Source of the DNA: Candidatus Hydrogenedens sp.
GTDB lineage: Bacteria > Hydrogenedentota > Hydrogenedentia > Hydrogenedentales > Hydrogenedentaceae
Direction: 5' to 3'
DNA length: 64,000 bases
Assembly: GCA_049968235.1 (NCBI GenBank)
Contig: JBMFRC010000009.1
Coordinates: 68,913 to 132,912 of the forward strand
This document shows, piece by piece, positions 17,148 to 25,881 of the stretch. Position 1 is the first letter of the stretch. Each line of letters opens with the position of its first letter. The position numbers and the translations under genes are program-made. The notes beneath the pieces were generated by a model, which had not been told where the DNA came from, did no database searches, and was given only the letters and a program-made list of their open reading frames with translations.

Positions 17148-18383
17148 ATGTACTCTGGACAACAAAAATACTGGCTAACTCTATTTTTAATTCCGGGTAT
17201 TGGTTCTACTACTTTTATTAAATTAATTGCCCGTTTTAGTTCCCCTTCTGAAGTCCTTACTGCATCTGAAAAAGCCCTATCCGAAGTAGTCGGGAAAACT
17301 TTAGCCCATAGAATAGCCCACTATCGGGAAGTTGTTGATGTGGATACCGAATTAAAATTAATAGAAAGTCATAATGTAAAAATTATTACTTTAGATGACC
17401 CGGAATACCCCGTTTCATTAGCAGAAATTTATGAACCCCCTCTCGTTCTATATTGTAAGGGAAATCTACTCAGAAGAGACCAATATTCTATTTCCATTGT
17501 TGGGACGCGGAAATACAGCCCGTATGGGAGTAAAGCAACGCGATTTTTTGCGCAGGGATTGGTAAACGCAGGTTTTACTATTGTAAGCGGTCTTGCTTCC
17601 GGTATTGATACCATTGCCCATCAGACTGCGCTGGATAATGGGGGTAGAACCGTTGCCTTTTTAGGTTGTGGAATTGATGTGATATATCCTAAAGAAAACG
17701 CGGATTTATATGAGAGGATACAAAATCAAGGAGTAATAATATCTACTTTCCCTATGCGGACAAAACCCTTAGGAAATAATTTTCCAATACGCAATCGCTT
17801 TATTAGTGGATTTTCACTTGGAACAATCGTTACAGAAGCAACACAGAATAGTGGAGCATTGATTACCGCACAACATGCAGTTGAGCAAGGAAAAACCGTT
17901 TTCGCTGTTCCCGGTCCTATCGGTTCGTTAAATAGTCAGGGACCGCATGGATTAATTCGACAGGGAGCAAAACTGGCAGAAAAAATATCTGATATTCTTG
18001 AAGAAATTCCTCAATATGCCCGTGAAAACATTACTGATGACCTCCCGAATATGGATAAAAAAATAACTCAGCCTGCTCATGAAACTGGAACAGAAAAAAT
18101 CCAGTTCCCCTTGTCTATGGCAATAAAGCCTTCTGTGGAAACAACCCCTCCAGAACACGAGAGAGCAGAAAAGGTTCCACAACAAACCCATTTTAGCGAG
18201 GTTAGTTCACAAAGTCCACTAGAAGAGAAAATCCTATCTATTTTAAGTCCAGAGGGCTCGTATGTAGATGAGGTTGCCATCTCCTGTCAGATACCAATTT
18301 CCCAGGCACTTTCGACGCTGACCTTGATGGAAATGAAAGGTTGGGTTAAACAATTTTCTGGAAAAAGATTCGCGAAAGCATAA
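17148..18383 (+). CDS. dprA: DNA processing protein DprA (Smf).
   Basis: SIVGTRKYSPYGSKATRFFAQGLVNAGFTIVSGLASGIDTIAHQTALDNGGRTVAFLGCGIDVIYP is the DprA Rossmann core. C-terminal winged-helix-like extension. Confidence 0.85.
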   Translation: MYSGQQKYWLTLFLIPGIGSTTFIKLIARFSSPSEVLTASEKALSEVVGKTLAHRIAHYREVVDVDTELKLIESHNVKIITLDDPEYPVSLAEIYEPPLVLYCKGNLLRRDQYSISIVGTRKYSPYGSKATRFFAQGLVNAGFTIVSGLASGIDTIAHQTALDNGGRTVAFLGCGIDVIYPKENADLYERIQNQGVIISTFPMRTKPLGNNFPIRNRFISGFSLGTIVTEATQNSGALITAQHAVEQGKTVFAVPGPIGSLNSQGPHGLIRQGAKLAEKISDILEEIPQYARENITDDLPNMDKKITQPAHETGTEKIQFPLSMAIKPSVETTPPEHERAEKVPQQTHFSEVSSQSPLEEKILSILSPEGSYVDEVAISCQIPISQALSTLTLMEMKGWVKQFSGKRFAKA

Positions 18384-18396
18384 AAACGGAGTTGCT

Positions 18397-19131
18397 ATGA
18401 TAAAAACAGAAAATTTGACCAAAAAATTCGGCGAAAAAACTGCTGTTAATAAACTCAATATTGAAGTTCCCCGCGGAACTTTTTTTTGTTTTTTAGGACC
18501 CAACGGAGCAGGTAAAACGACAACAATTAAAATGTTGACAGGTCTAATGCGTCCCACTGGTGGCAGAGCGTTTATAGCAGGAATTGATATTCAGCAGGAC
18601 CCCGTAAAAGCTAAAAAATATATCGGATTTGTTCCCGACCATCCCTTCCTTTATGATAAATTAACAGGAAGAGAATTTCTAAAGTTTATTGCAGGCTTGT
18701 ATCAAATTTCAGAAAAAGAATTTAAAGAACGAACAGAAGAATTGGTCGGCTTATTTGGTTTAAATTCTGTCATAGACCAACTTATTGAAGATTACAGCCA
18801 TGGCATGCGACAAAAATTGTCATTTACCGCTTGCTTTTTACATAAACCCGAAATCGTTATCGTAGATGAACCCTGGGTAGGTCTTGACCCTAAAAATATA
18901 AGATTTGTAAAGGACTATCTCAAAGAAAAAACACGCAGAGAAGGAGTAACGGTCTTTATGTCTACACATACATTAAGTATTGCAGAAGAAATAGCAGATG
19001 TTATTGGCATTATCCATCAAGGAAAGTTATGTGCTTTTGGCTCTGTAAATGACATAAAGTCCCTTTCCAATACACCCGGGAATCTGGAAGATGTATTTTT
19101 AGAGTTAACCAGGGAAATGGATGAAGTATAA
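18397..19131 (+). CDS. ABC transporter ATP-binding protein.
   Basis: Walker A motif GPNGAGKTT, Walker B IVIVDEP, and a signature-like YSHGMRQKL. Confidence 0.85.
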   Translation: MIKTENLTKKFGEKTAVNKLNIEVPRGTFFCFLGPNGAGKTTTIKMLTGLMRPTGGRAFIAGIDIQQDPVKAKKYIGFVPDHPFLYDKLTGREFLKFIAGLYQISEKEFKERTEELVGLFGLNSVIDQLIEDYSHGMRQKLSFTACFLHKPEIVIVDEPWVGLDPKNIRFVKDYLKEKTRREGVTVFMSTHTLSIAEEIADVIGIIHQGKLCAFGSVNDIKSLSNTPGNLEDVFLELTREMDEV

Positions 19132-20830
19132 TAATATGAATCAAATTTCCGCTATCTTAGAAGCAAAACGGAATATCCTGAAACATCAAATATTAAGCAT
19201 TCGAAAAGAATCAAAACTAAAAGTTACGGTAATCACATTCTCCGCTATTGCTATCTGGTTAGGAATTTTCTTCGGACTCTATGAAGGTTTTAACTGGCTA
19301 TTAACATTCGGTTCACGAGCAGGGATAGAAGTAAACTTTGGTGAATTGCTCATGGCTCGGATGTTTATGATACTTATGAGTGCCGTTTTCCTGTTCCTTA
19401 TATTTTCAAATATTCTCATAGCATTTTTTACTTTATATAAAGCCAAAGAAATTCATTTTCTTGTTCAAACGCCTATTCCTTTTCAACGTTTATTCCTTGT
19501 TCGTTTTGTTGAATGTATTGCGTTTAGTTCGTGGTCCGTTGCCTTCTTGGGTGTTCCTCTTATCCTCGCTTATGGATTGAGTCTGAGAACCTCTATCTTT
19601 TTCTATGTTGCATCCATCATATTTTTTATACCATTTATTATCATACCGGCAAGTTGGGGTAATATTATCACTCAATTTTTAGTGCTTATTTCCCCGAAAA
19701 TAAAATTAAGAACGATGATTTTATTCGGTATTCTCGCAGTCATATTTCTATTCTGGTATCTAACCACGATGTTAAAAGGAACACGAATTAATGAAGATAC
19801 CATTCTACCTATATTTCTAAGTGCTACTTCCCGTGTTCAGTCTCCCATATTTCCACCTTATTGGTTTTCCGAAGGAGTGCTTAAATCCAAAGACGGATTA
19901 TTTTCTGAAGTATTATTCTGGTTTTTGCTCCTTATGTCCAATGCATTATTTTTTACCTTTTTATCTTCGCTCATTGCTCAATGGATATTTTATCCCGGTT
20001 TCTCAGGATTACAAGGTAGTGGACAAAGGAGAGTAAAACTTCCCAACAAAGGGATTTTAGGTCGGCTTGAATCTTTCTTAAATTTTATTCCTTACCCTTA
20101 CAAACCTTTAGTTGTAAAAGATATCCGAATGTTCTGGAGAGATGCCACTCAGTGGTCCCAGTTTATTATATTTTTCGGGATTATGGCGATTTATATTGCA
20201 AACCTGCGTAATACTACAAAATACTTTGAGCAGGAAATGTGGCGTAGTTTTGTCGCCTGTATGAACATAGCATCATTAAGCCTTATCCTCGCTACCTTAA
20301 CCAGCCGTTTCATTTTCCCGCTGATTAGTTTAGAGGGACATCGTTTCTGGATTATCGGTCTGGCTCCAATCACACTTCGACAGATACTCTGGCAAAAGTT
20401 TTGGCTCAGTGTAATGACTTCGGCACCCTTCACAGTGACCCTCGCTATTTTATCCGGATATATGCTTCAACTTGCTCCCCTCTATTATGCTATGACGATT
20501 TTTAGTATTCTCCTAATGAATTTTGGGCTTTCAGGTCTTGCAGTGGGATTAGGTGCTCTCTACCCTAGTTTTGAGGAAGATAACCCCGCAAGGATTGTAT
20601 CCGGATTGGGTGGGACATTGAACTTATTGTTAAGTATATTCTATATAGCTATAGTAGTTACAGCCCAAACAATAATTCTTCAATGGCGGGTGCTTGAACA
20701 GTTCACAAGCCCCGGTTATTTCTGGTTCGCATTGGTATTTGTAATAATTTTAATAGTAACATTAACAGGGATAACCATTGCTCTTCCTATGTCTTTAGGA
20801 TTAAAAAATTTGAAATCACTGGAGTACTGA
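19121..20830 (+). CDS. ABC transporter permease (multi-pass membrane protein).
   Basis: About 12 hydrophobic segments. Overlaps the upstream ATPase gene by 11 nt. Confidence 0.6.
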   Translation: MKYNNMNQISAILEAKRNILKHQILSIRKESKLKVTVITFSAIAIWLGIFFGLYEGFNWLLTFGSRAGIEVNFGELLMARMFMILMSAVFLFLIFSNILIAFFTLYKAKEIHFLVQTPIPFQRLFLVRFVECIAFSSWSVAFLGVPLILAYGLSLRTSIFFYVASIIFFIPFIIIPASWGNIITQFLVLISPKIKLRTMILFGILAVIFLFWYLTTMLKGTRINEDTILPIFLSATSRVQSPIFPPYWFSEGVLKSKDGLFSEVLFWFLLLMSNALFFTFLSSLIAQWIFYPGFSGLQGSGQRRVKLPNKGILGRLESFLNFIPYPYKPLVVKDIRMFWRDATQWSQFIIFFGIMAIYIANLRNTTKYFEQEMWRSFVACMNIASLSLILATLTSRFIFPLISLEGHRFWIIGLAPITLRQILWQKFWLSVMTSAPFTVTLAILSGYMLQLAPLYYAMTIFSILLMNFGLSGLAVGLGALYPSFEEDNPARIVSGLGGTLNLLLSIFYIAIVVTAQTIILQWRVLEQFTSPGYFWFALVFVIILIVTLTGITIALPMSLGLKNLKSLEY

Positions 20831-20833
20831 GAA

Positions 20834-21232
20834 ATGAAAACATTCACAATTGCTACTTCAAAGCAAACTCAATTTATACCTTTAGATTCATATATTCAAC
20901 AATTTGTTCATGAAACCGGTGTAAAAAATGGAATTGTTTGTGTTTATATCCCACATACCACGGCGGGAATTACTATCAATGAAAATGCAGACCCGGATGT
21001 ATTACACGATATCGAACAAATACTGGATAAACTTGTTCCCTGGTATGGAAATTACAGACATGTAGAAGGCAATTCCTCCGCTCATGTAAAAGCATCTATT
21101 ATGGGGTCATCTGTCCAGATAATTGTTCAGAATGAGAAATTAGTCTTAGGAACATGGCAATCTATCTTCTTTTGTGAATTTGATGGTCCTCGAACACGAA
21201 AATTTTTTGTCGAAATAATACCTGCCCCATAA
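20834..21232 (+). CDS. YjbQ/UPF0047 family protein (secondary thiamine-phosphate synthase-like).
   Basis: GIVCVYIPHTTAGITINENADPDVLHDIE...GNSSAHVKASIMGSSVQIIV matches the YjbQ family. Confidence 0.75.
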   Translation: MKTFTIATSKQTQFIPLDSYIQQFVHETGVKNGIVCVYIPHTTAGITINENADPDVLHDIEQILDKLVPWYGNYRHVEGNSSAHVKASIMGSSVQIIVQNEKLVLGTWQSIFFCEFDGPRTRKFFVEIIPAP

Positions 21233-21242
21233 GTCTTATTTT

Positions 21243-21452
21243 TTAAGAAAGATTTTTGGAGATTATTTGCTGATAGCAATCCTCACATATTGTATGTGTA
21301 AGAGAAGGAATCTGTGTCTGTGTTAGCAACCCATATTTATTAATAACTTGTTCTAATTCTTCCCACTCTGCATCCATTCTGATTCTTTTACACCATGAAC
21401 ACATTGAAATAAATTCAAAAGACCGCACCGCTTTGGGGTCATGGATATTCAT
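21243..21452 (-). CDS. Small Cys-rich protein with a C-x2-C...C-x2-C motif. Possibly the detached C-terminal module of the upstream PAS-like ORF.
   Basis: CSWCKRIRMDAEWEELEQ...HTICEDCYQQI is a zinc-binding-like tail. Confidence 0.4.
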   Translation of the reverse strand: MNIHDPKAVRSFEFISMCSWCKRIRMDAEWEELEQVINKYGLLTQTQIPSLTHTICEDCYQQIISKNLS

Positions 21453-21508
21453 ATAATTTTGTGGGACAATTTTTTTGCTTCAGAAATAAACTTTACAATA
21501 TTACCATT

Positions 21509-21790
21509 TTAGGGTTTTATTGTCATTTTTAAAAACCTTTTGCATGTAGGGGCATCACAACGAAAGTCAATAGGAATTACATTACCTTTTCGAGCCTGGT
21601 TAATAATATCTAAATATATCTGTTTTACAGTCATATTTTGAATAAAATCAAATAAATTTTTGCCCAAAATCTTCTTGGATATAATTTCCTCCCCAAAATT
21701 ATTTAAAGCGAAACGGTCCCATTCTTCATTGACAAAAATAATGTTTTTTTCTGTATCAATTTTATATTCAATTGGGTTCATGTTAGTCAT
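21509..21790 (-). CDS. Small PAS-like domain protein, 94 aa.
   Basis: NIIFVNEEWDRFALNNFGEEIISKKILGKNLFDFI has a PAS signature. The given ORF was trimmed to the MTNMNPIEY start because its upstream part overlaps two tRNA genes. Confidence 0.45.
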   Translation of the reverse strand: MTNMNPIEYKIDTEKNIIFVNEEWDRFALNNFGEEIISKKILGKNLFDFIQNMTVKQIYLDIINQARKGNVIPIDFRCDAPTCKRFLKMTIKP

Positions 21791-21895
21791 CCTTTTATGG
21801 GTGTATAATACCCGGTTTATATAAATATTCTCTATATTTGAATTATGCCACCTTTTCTTTGTAAAATTAAACCACCATGATAATGGTGGCGGCAT

Positions 21896-21970
21896 GGCGG
21901 CATGGCCAAGTGGTAAGGCAGAAGCCTGCAAAGCTTCCATTCCCCGGTTCGAATCCGGGTGCCGCCTCCA
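21896..21970 (+). tRNA. tRNA-Cys (GCA).
   Basis: Hand-folded: acceptor GGCGGCA/TGCCGCC, anticodon loop CTGCAAA, T-arm CCCGG-TTCGAAT-CCGGG, CCA encoded. Confidence 0.85.
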
Positions 21971-21983
21971 TCTATTTCGTCGT

Positions 21984-22067
21984 GGGCGAGTGGTGGAATA
22001 GGAATACACGACGGACTTAAAATCCGTTGGCCGTAAGGCCATGCGGGTTCGATTCCCGCCTCGCCCA
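21984..22067 (+). tRNA. tRNA-Leu (TAA), class II.
   Basis: Acceptor GGGCGAG/CTCGCCC, anticodon stem-loop ACGGA-CTTAAAA-TCCGT, long variable arm GGCCGTAAGGCC, T-arm GCGGG-TTCGATT-CCCGC. No CCA encoded. A T-rich tract follows. Confidence 0.85.
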
Positions 22068-22160
22068 CTTTTTTATTTTTACCTCTCTTTTTATATAATC
22101 TTTGACAGAGGGTTTTCCCAGCCTAACATATAAAAATTAAGTCCAAAAGGATATACCGAA

Positions 22161-23558
22161 ATGGCAGTATGTTTTTTTAATACTATGAACCGAAAATTAG
22201 AACCGTTTATCCCCTTAGAACCACCTAAAGTAAAACTTTATACATGTGGACCGACCGTTTATAATTTCGCTCATATTGGGAATTTTCGTGCGTACATCTT
22301 TGAGGATTTACTAAAACGTTATCTCAAATTTCGCGGCTATAATGTATTTCATGTTATGAATATTACGGATGTAGAAGATAAATTAATACGCACATGTCGC
22401 GAAACAGGAAAGTCCCTCAAAGAGATTACGGATTTTTACATTGAAGCCTTTTTTAAAGACCTTGATACCCTTCAAATTGAAAGGGCAGATATTTATCCGC
22501 GTGCTACGGAACATATACCGGAAATGGTAGCGATTATTAAAAAATTAAAAGAAAAGGGACATACCTACGAACATGAAGGAAGTATTTATTTCCGTCTGAG
22601 TACTTTTCCAGAATACGGAAAATTAAGTCATATGAACATCGAAGAGTTAAAAGTCGGTGCTAGTGGCAGGGTAGATAGCGATGAATATACTATGGAAGAT
22701 GCCCGTGATTTTGCACTCTGGAAAGCATGGGATGAAGAGGATGGCAATGTATTTTGGGAAACGGAACTTGGAAAAGGCAGGCCCGGCTGGCATATCGAGT
22801 GTTCTGCCATGAGTATGAAATATCTCGGAGAAAGTTTTGATATTCATTGTGGGGGTATAGATAATATGTTCCCCCATCACGAAAACGAAATAGCACAATC
22901 CGAATGTGCAACCGGGCAACCTTTTGTCAAATATTGGCTCCATTGTGCCCATCTGGTTGTTGATGGTAAAAAAATGTCAAAATCATTAGGGAACTTTTAT
23001 ACGCTACGAGACCTCCTGGAACGCGGTCTGGAACCTCTTGCTATTCGATGGGTACTCCTCGCTACACATTATCGCCAACCCAATAACTTTACCTTTGAAA
23101 CGGTGGAATCTGCTTCCAGCAGTATTCGGCGAATACGCGATTTCCGTTTGCGTCTCAAAGAAATTAAGGGAAGTGGGGACGAACTAATGGAAGAATGTTC
23201 CCAATGTGAGAAATTATTTATAGATGCACTGGATGATGACTTAAATATTTCATCTGCTCTTGGTGTTTTGTTCGATTTTATAAGAGATGTTAATAAAAAA
23301 ATAGATAACGGCGAAGTGGGGGAGAAGGGGGCTCATAACGCTATCAATCTTCTTAACAAGTTAAACCAGATAACAGGACTATTCAACCCAGATATGGAAG
23401 ATGAAATTCCAGCTGAAGTATTGGAAAAAGTTATGCAGAGGCAACAAGCACGGAGAGAAAAAAACTTCACTCTGGCTGATACAATCCGCAATCAATTACT
23501 TGAACAGGGTTGGGTTATTGAAGATACACCTCAAGGTCCACGCGTAAAACGAAAATAA
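22161..23558 (+). CDS. cysS: Cysteine--tRNA ligase.
   Basis: HIGN motif (FAHIGNFRAY) and KMSKS motif (KMSKSLGN). The N-terminus CGPTVYN is typical of CysS. Confidence 0.95.
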   Translation: MAVCFFNTMNRKLEPFIPLEPPKVKLYTCGPTVYNFAHIGNFRAYIFEDLLKRYLKFRGYNVFHVMNITDVEDKLIRTCRETGKSLKEITDFYIEAFFKDLDTLQIERADIYPRATEHIPEMVAIIKKLKEKGHTYEHEGSIYFRLSTFPEYGKLSHMNIEELKVGASGRVDSDEYTMEDARDFALWKAWDEEDGNVFWETELGKGRPGWHIECSAMSMKYLGESFDIHCGGIDNMFPHHENEIAQSECATGQPFVKYWLHCAHLVVDGKKMSKSLGNFYTLRDLLERGLEPLAIRWVLLATHYRQPNNFTFETVESASSSIRRIRDFRLRLKEIKGSGDELMEECSQCEKLFIDALDDDLNISSALGVLFDFIRDVNKKIDNGEVGEKGAHNAINLLNKLNQITGLFNPDMEDEIPAEVLEKVMQRQQARREKNFTLADTIRNQLLEQGWVIEDTPQGPRVKRK

Positions 23559-23643
23559 ATACAAGACAGGTTCATATACCTCTTAAAGATGGAACTTTGT
23601 TCATAGTAACAGTGTTTAATTTTATAAAAGGTAAATAAAAAGA

Positions 23644-24222
23644 ATGCGTTCCTTAGAGGATTGGGAATTGGTTGCATTAGCAAAACAAGGAAATCGTGAA
23701 GCGTTCCACAACCTTGTAGAACGATACAAATCCCCCATTTACACCCTTTGCCTCTATTTAACAAGAAATGTCCAGAATGCAGAAGACCTTGTGCAAGAAA
23801 CATTTATCCGTCTATATAAAAATTTGAACCATATAGAACCTAAGGCTCAATTTAAAACATTTATCCTGGGGATTGCGAGAAATCTTGCTCTGAACCAGAT
23901 TCGGAACGAAAAAAGAAAGAATAATTTTTTAGCACGGCTATTTAATAAAATAAATTCCAATTATGAGGAACAAGTAAATTATAAATCTGAAATGTGGCCT
24001 CCCGATGAAAAACAAGAATTTACCGCTGTTGTTCAGCAATGTATGTTAGAATTATCTACTGAACATCGAGAGATATTAATATTAAGAGAAACCCAGGGAC
24101 TTGACTATGAAAGTATTGCTAAAATTCTGGGTTGCCGGGTAGGAACGGTTCGCAGTCGTTTAGCAAGAGCAAGAGCACAACTCCGAAAGATAATACTTGA
24201 GAAAGGGATAACAATACAATGA
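23644..24222 (+). CDS. ECF-type RNA polymerase sigma-70 factor.
   Basis: Sigma-70 region 2 (EDLVQETFIRLYKNL) and region 4 (ILILRETQGLDYESIAKILGCRVGTVRSRLARAR). Confidence 0.85.
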   Translation: MRSLEDWELVALAKQGNREAFHNLVERYKSPIYTLCLYLTRNVQNAEDLVQETFIRLYKNLNHIEPKAQFKTFILGIARNLALNQIRNEKRKNNFLARLFNKINSNYEEQVNYKSEMWPPDEKQEFTAVVQQCMLELSTEHREILILRETQGLDYESIAKILGCRVGTVRSRLARARAQLRKIILEKGITIQ

Positions 24223-24815
24223 CACATTTAACAGATGAACAAATTTCAGAATTACTGGATGGTTTCCGTGTCCTCAATCAGAAACAACAAGAACATCTAC
24301 AATCCTGTCCTGAATGTATGAAAAAATTAAAAGAATGGCGAAGCATTTCCCAATGTGTTCAAAATCTACCCCTTCCACAAGTATCTGATGAATTTACATC
24401 TCGAATTAACTATAAAATAAATTCTATCCGGGAAGATACACCTAAAAGAGTTTTTCCATCAATCCAATGGAAATATACATTCCTTATCTCTTCTATTATG
24501 GCTATCCTACTTATTGTTTTTGGGAGTTTAATTATTAATTATAATAATTATGAAAATACAAACATATTAAATCATGGTAATGTTCAACCTGCTTCTGCCG
24601 TAGGTCCGATTGCTAGTAATAATGGTACATCCACGAATAACCTTGCTATAACAGAAGAAATTCCTGGTGAAGAAAATATATTAAATAGCATTAGCGAACA
24701 ATACATCAATTCAGAACCTTTTGATGAAGAATTACATAACATTACTATCTCAGAGTTGCTTTTGTCCCTCGCAGAAGAGACAGAAGAGTATAATATTTCA
24801 GATGTATCTCTTTAA
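24219..24815 (+). CDS. Putative anti-sigma factor (zinc-finger plus single transmembrane helix).
   Basis: Overlaps the sigma factor gene by 4 nt. N-terminal H/C-x2-C motif (HLQSCPECMKKL). Central hydrophobic helix (FLISSIMAILLIVFGSLII). Confidence 0.6.
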   Translation: MTHLTDEQISELLDGFRVLNQKQQEHLQSCPECMKKLKEWRSISQCVQNLPLPQVSDEFTSRINYKINSIREDTPKRVFPSIQWKYTFLISSIMAILLIVFGSLIINYNNYENTNILNHGNVQPASAVGPIASNNGTSTNNLAITEEIPGEENILNSISEQYINSEPFDEELHNITISELLLSLAEETEEYNISDVSL

Positions 24816-24833
24816 TGCGAACAAATATACATA

Positions 24834-25559
24834 TTGGAGAATGATTTTATGAAAAAATGTATAACAATAATCCTTTTTCTGATTGTGCTTTTATCCTATT
24901 CCAATATAGCAACAGCACAACCTCCTGACACAATGCGTCCTGATTTAGTAAACCCACCTCATCCGGAGGGCTTTCAGCAAGGTATACCTGCCCCACCTGG
25001 GGATAGGAATCCTCCACCACTACCAGGTCCTGGTATATATCCTGAACCCATAGGACCGCCTCCAGAAGGAGATTTACCTGCTCGGGAAATACTGGAACAA
25101 GTGCTTTTAGCAAAAGTAGCGAAGCAACTAAATCTCAATGATGAACAAACAGTTATACTCGTTCGGAGATTTTACGAGCAGAAAGAAGTCTTATCCGAAA
25201 AAATTCAGCAACGAAACAATTTAGCAAATGAATTACATAAACTAATCCGTGATAAAACGAAAGGGAATCCTAAAGAGTTAGAAGAAAAATTCTCCCGTCT
25301 CCTAAAAATGGATATGGAATTAGCAGAGTTAAGACAGAAATGGATTGATAATATTTCTATGGAATTACCTTTAGAGTCCAAAATCCAGTTATATCTACTT
25401 ATTTCCGATTTCGAGAACGAAGTACGTAAATTTCTCCGTAAAGCCTACGATTGGAAACAAAATAGATTTCCAGATAATAGAGGTGGTTTAATGCCTCCGG
25501 AACAACGTCGCAGTAGGTCTCAAAAACCCAACAATAATCCCGATACAGAAAGTCAATAA
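24834..25559 (+). CDS. Secreted proline-rich periplasmic protein with an LTxxQ-like (Spy/CpxP-type) motif.
   Basis: Signal peptide. Pro-rich segment (PPHPEGFQQGIPAPPGDRNPPPLPGPGIYPEPIGPPPEG). LNLNDEQ motif and helical charged repeats. Third gene of the sigma/anti-sigma cluster. Confidence 0.5.
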   Translation: MENDFMKKCITIILFLIVLLSYSNIATAQPPDTMRPDLVNPPHPEGFQQGIPAPPGDRNPPPLPGPGIYPEPIGPPPEGDLPAREILEQVLLAKVAKQLNLNDEQTVILVRRFYEQKEVLSEKIQQRNNLANELHKLIRDKTKGNPKELEEKFSRLLKMDMELAELRQKWIDNISMELPLESKIQLYLLISDFENEVRKFLRKAYDWKQNRFPDNRGGLMPPEQRRSRSQKPNNNPDTESQ

Positions 25560-25881
25560 CTATACACAGTTTTTTTACGATTAAAAGGTAGCATAATTTT
25601 AATGGTCTGAATTACAGAACTTAAGATTTACCTTCTAATTTATTCTTTAGTGTCGTAAACACAATCAACCTATAAACACTGGAAACTAAAAGAACGGCTA
25701 CTGTAATTCTTGTATCCAGAAGAAAAAAGTTTCCTACATTCATTTCTTTATTAAAATATTTTTTATATCCGAATTAATTATATAGACAATGATATACAGG
25801 GATATACAGGATAAAATCGGACCCGAAGTGGCATAAATAGTTTTTCTGGATTTCACTGAATATTAAGAAATTAGTAAATCT

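Noticed and set aside
21832-22068. 78-aa ORF on the - strand, and the N-terminal part of the 177-aa ORF 21509-22042.
   Set aside because: Both overlap the tRNA-Cys and tRNA-Leu genes on the opposite strand. Only the downstream 94-aa PAS-like part was kept.
22068-22160. T-box riboswitch upstream of cysS.
   Set aside because: The spacer is only 93 nt and lacks a specifier-loop or antiterminator architecture. The upstream sequence is tRNA genes, not a leader.
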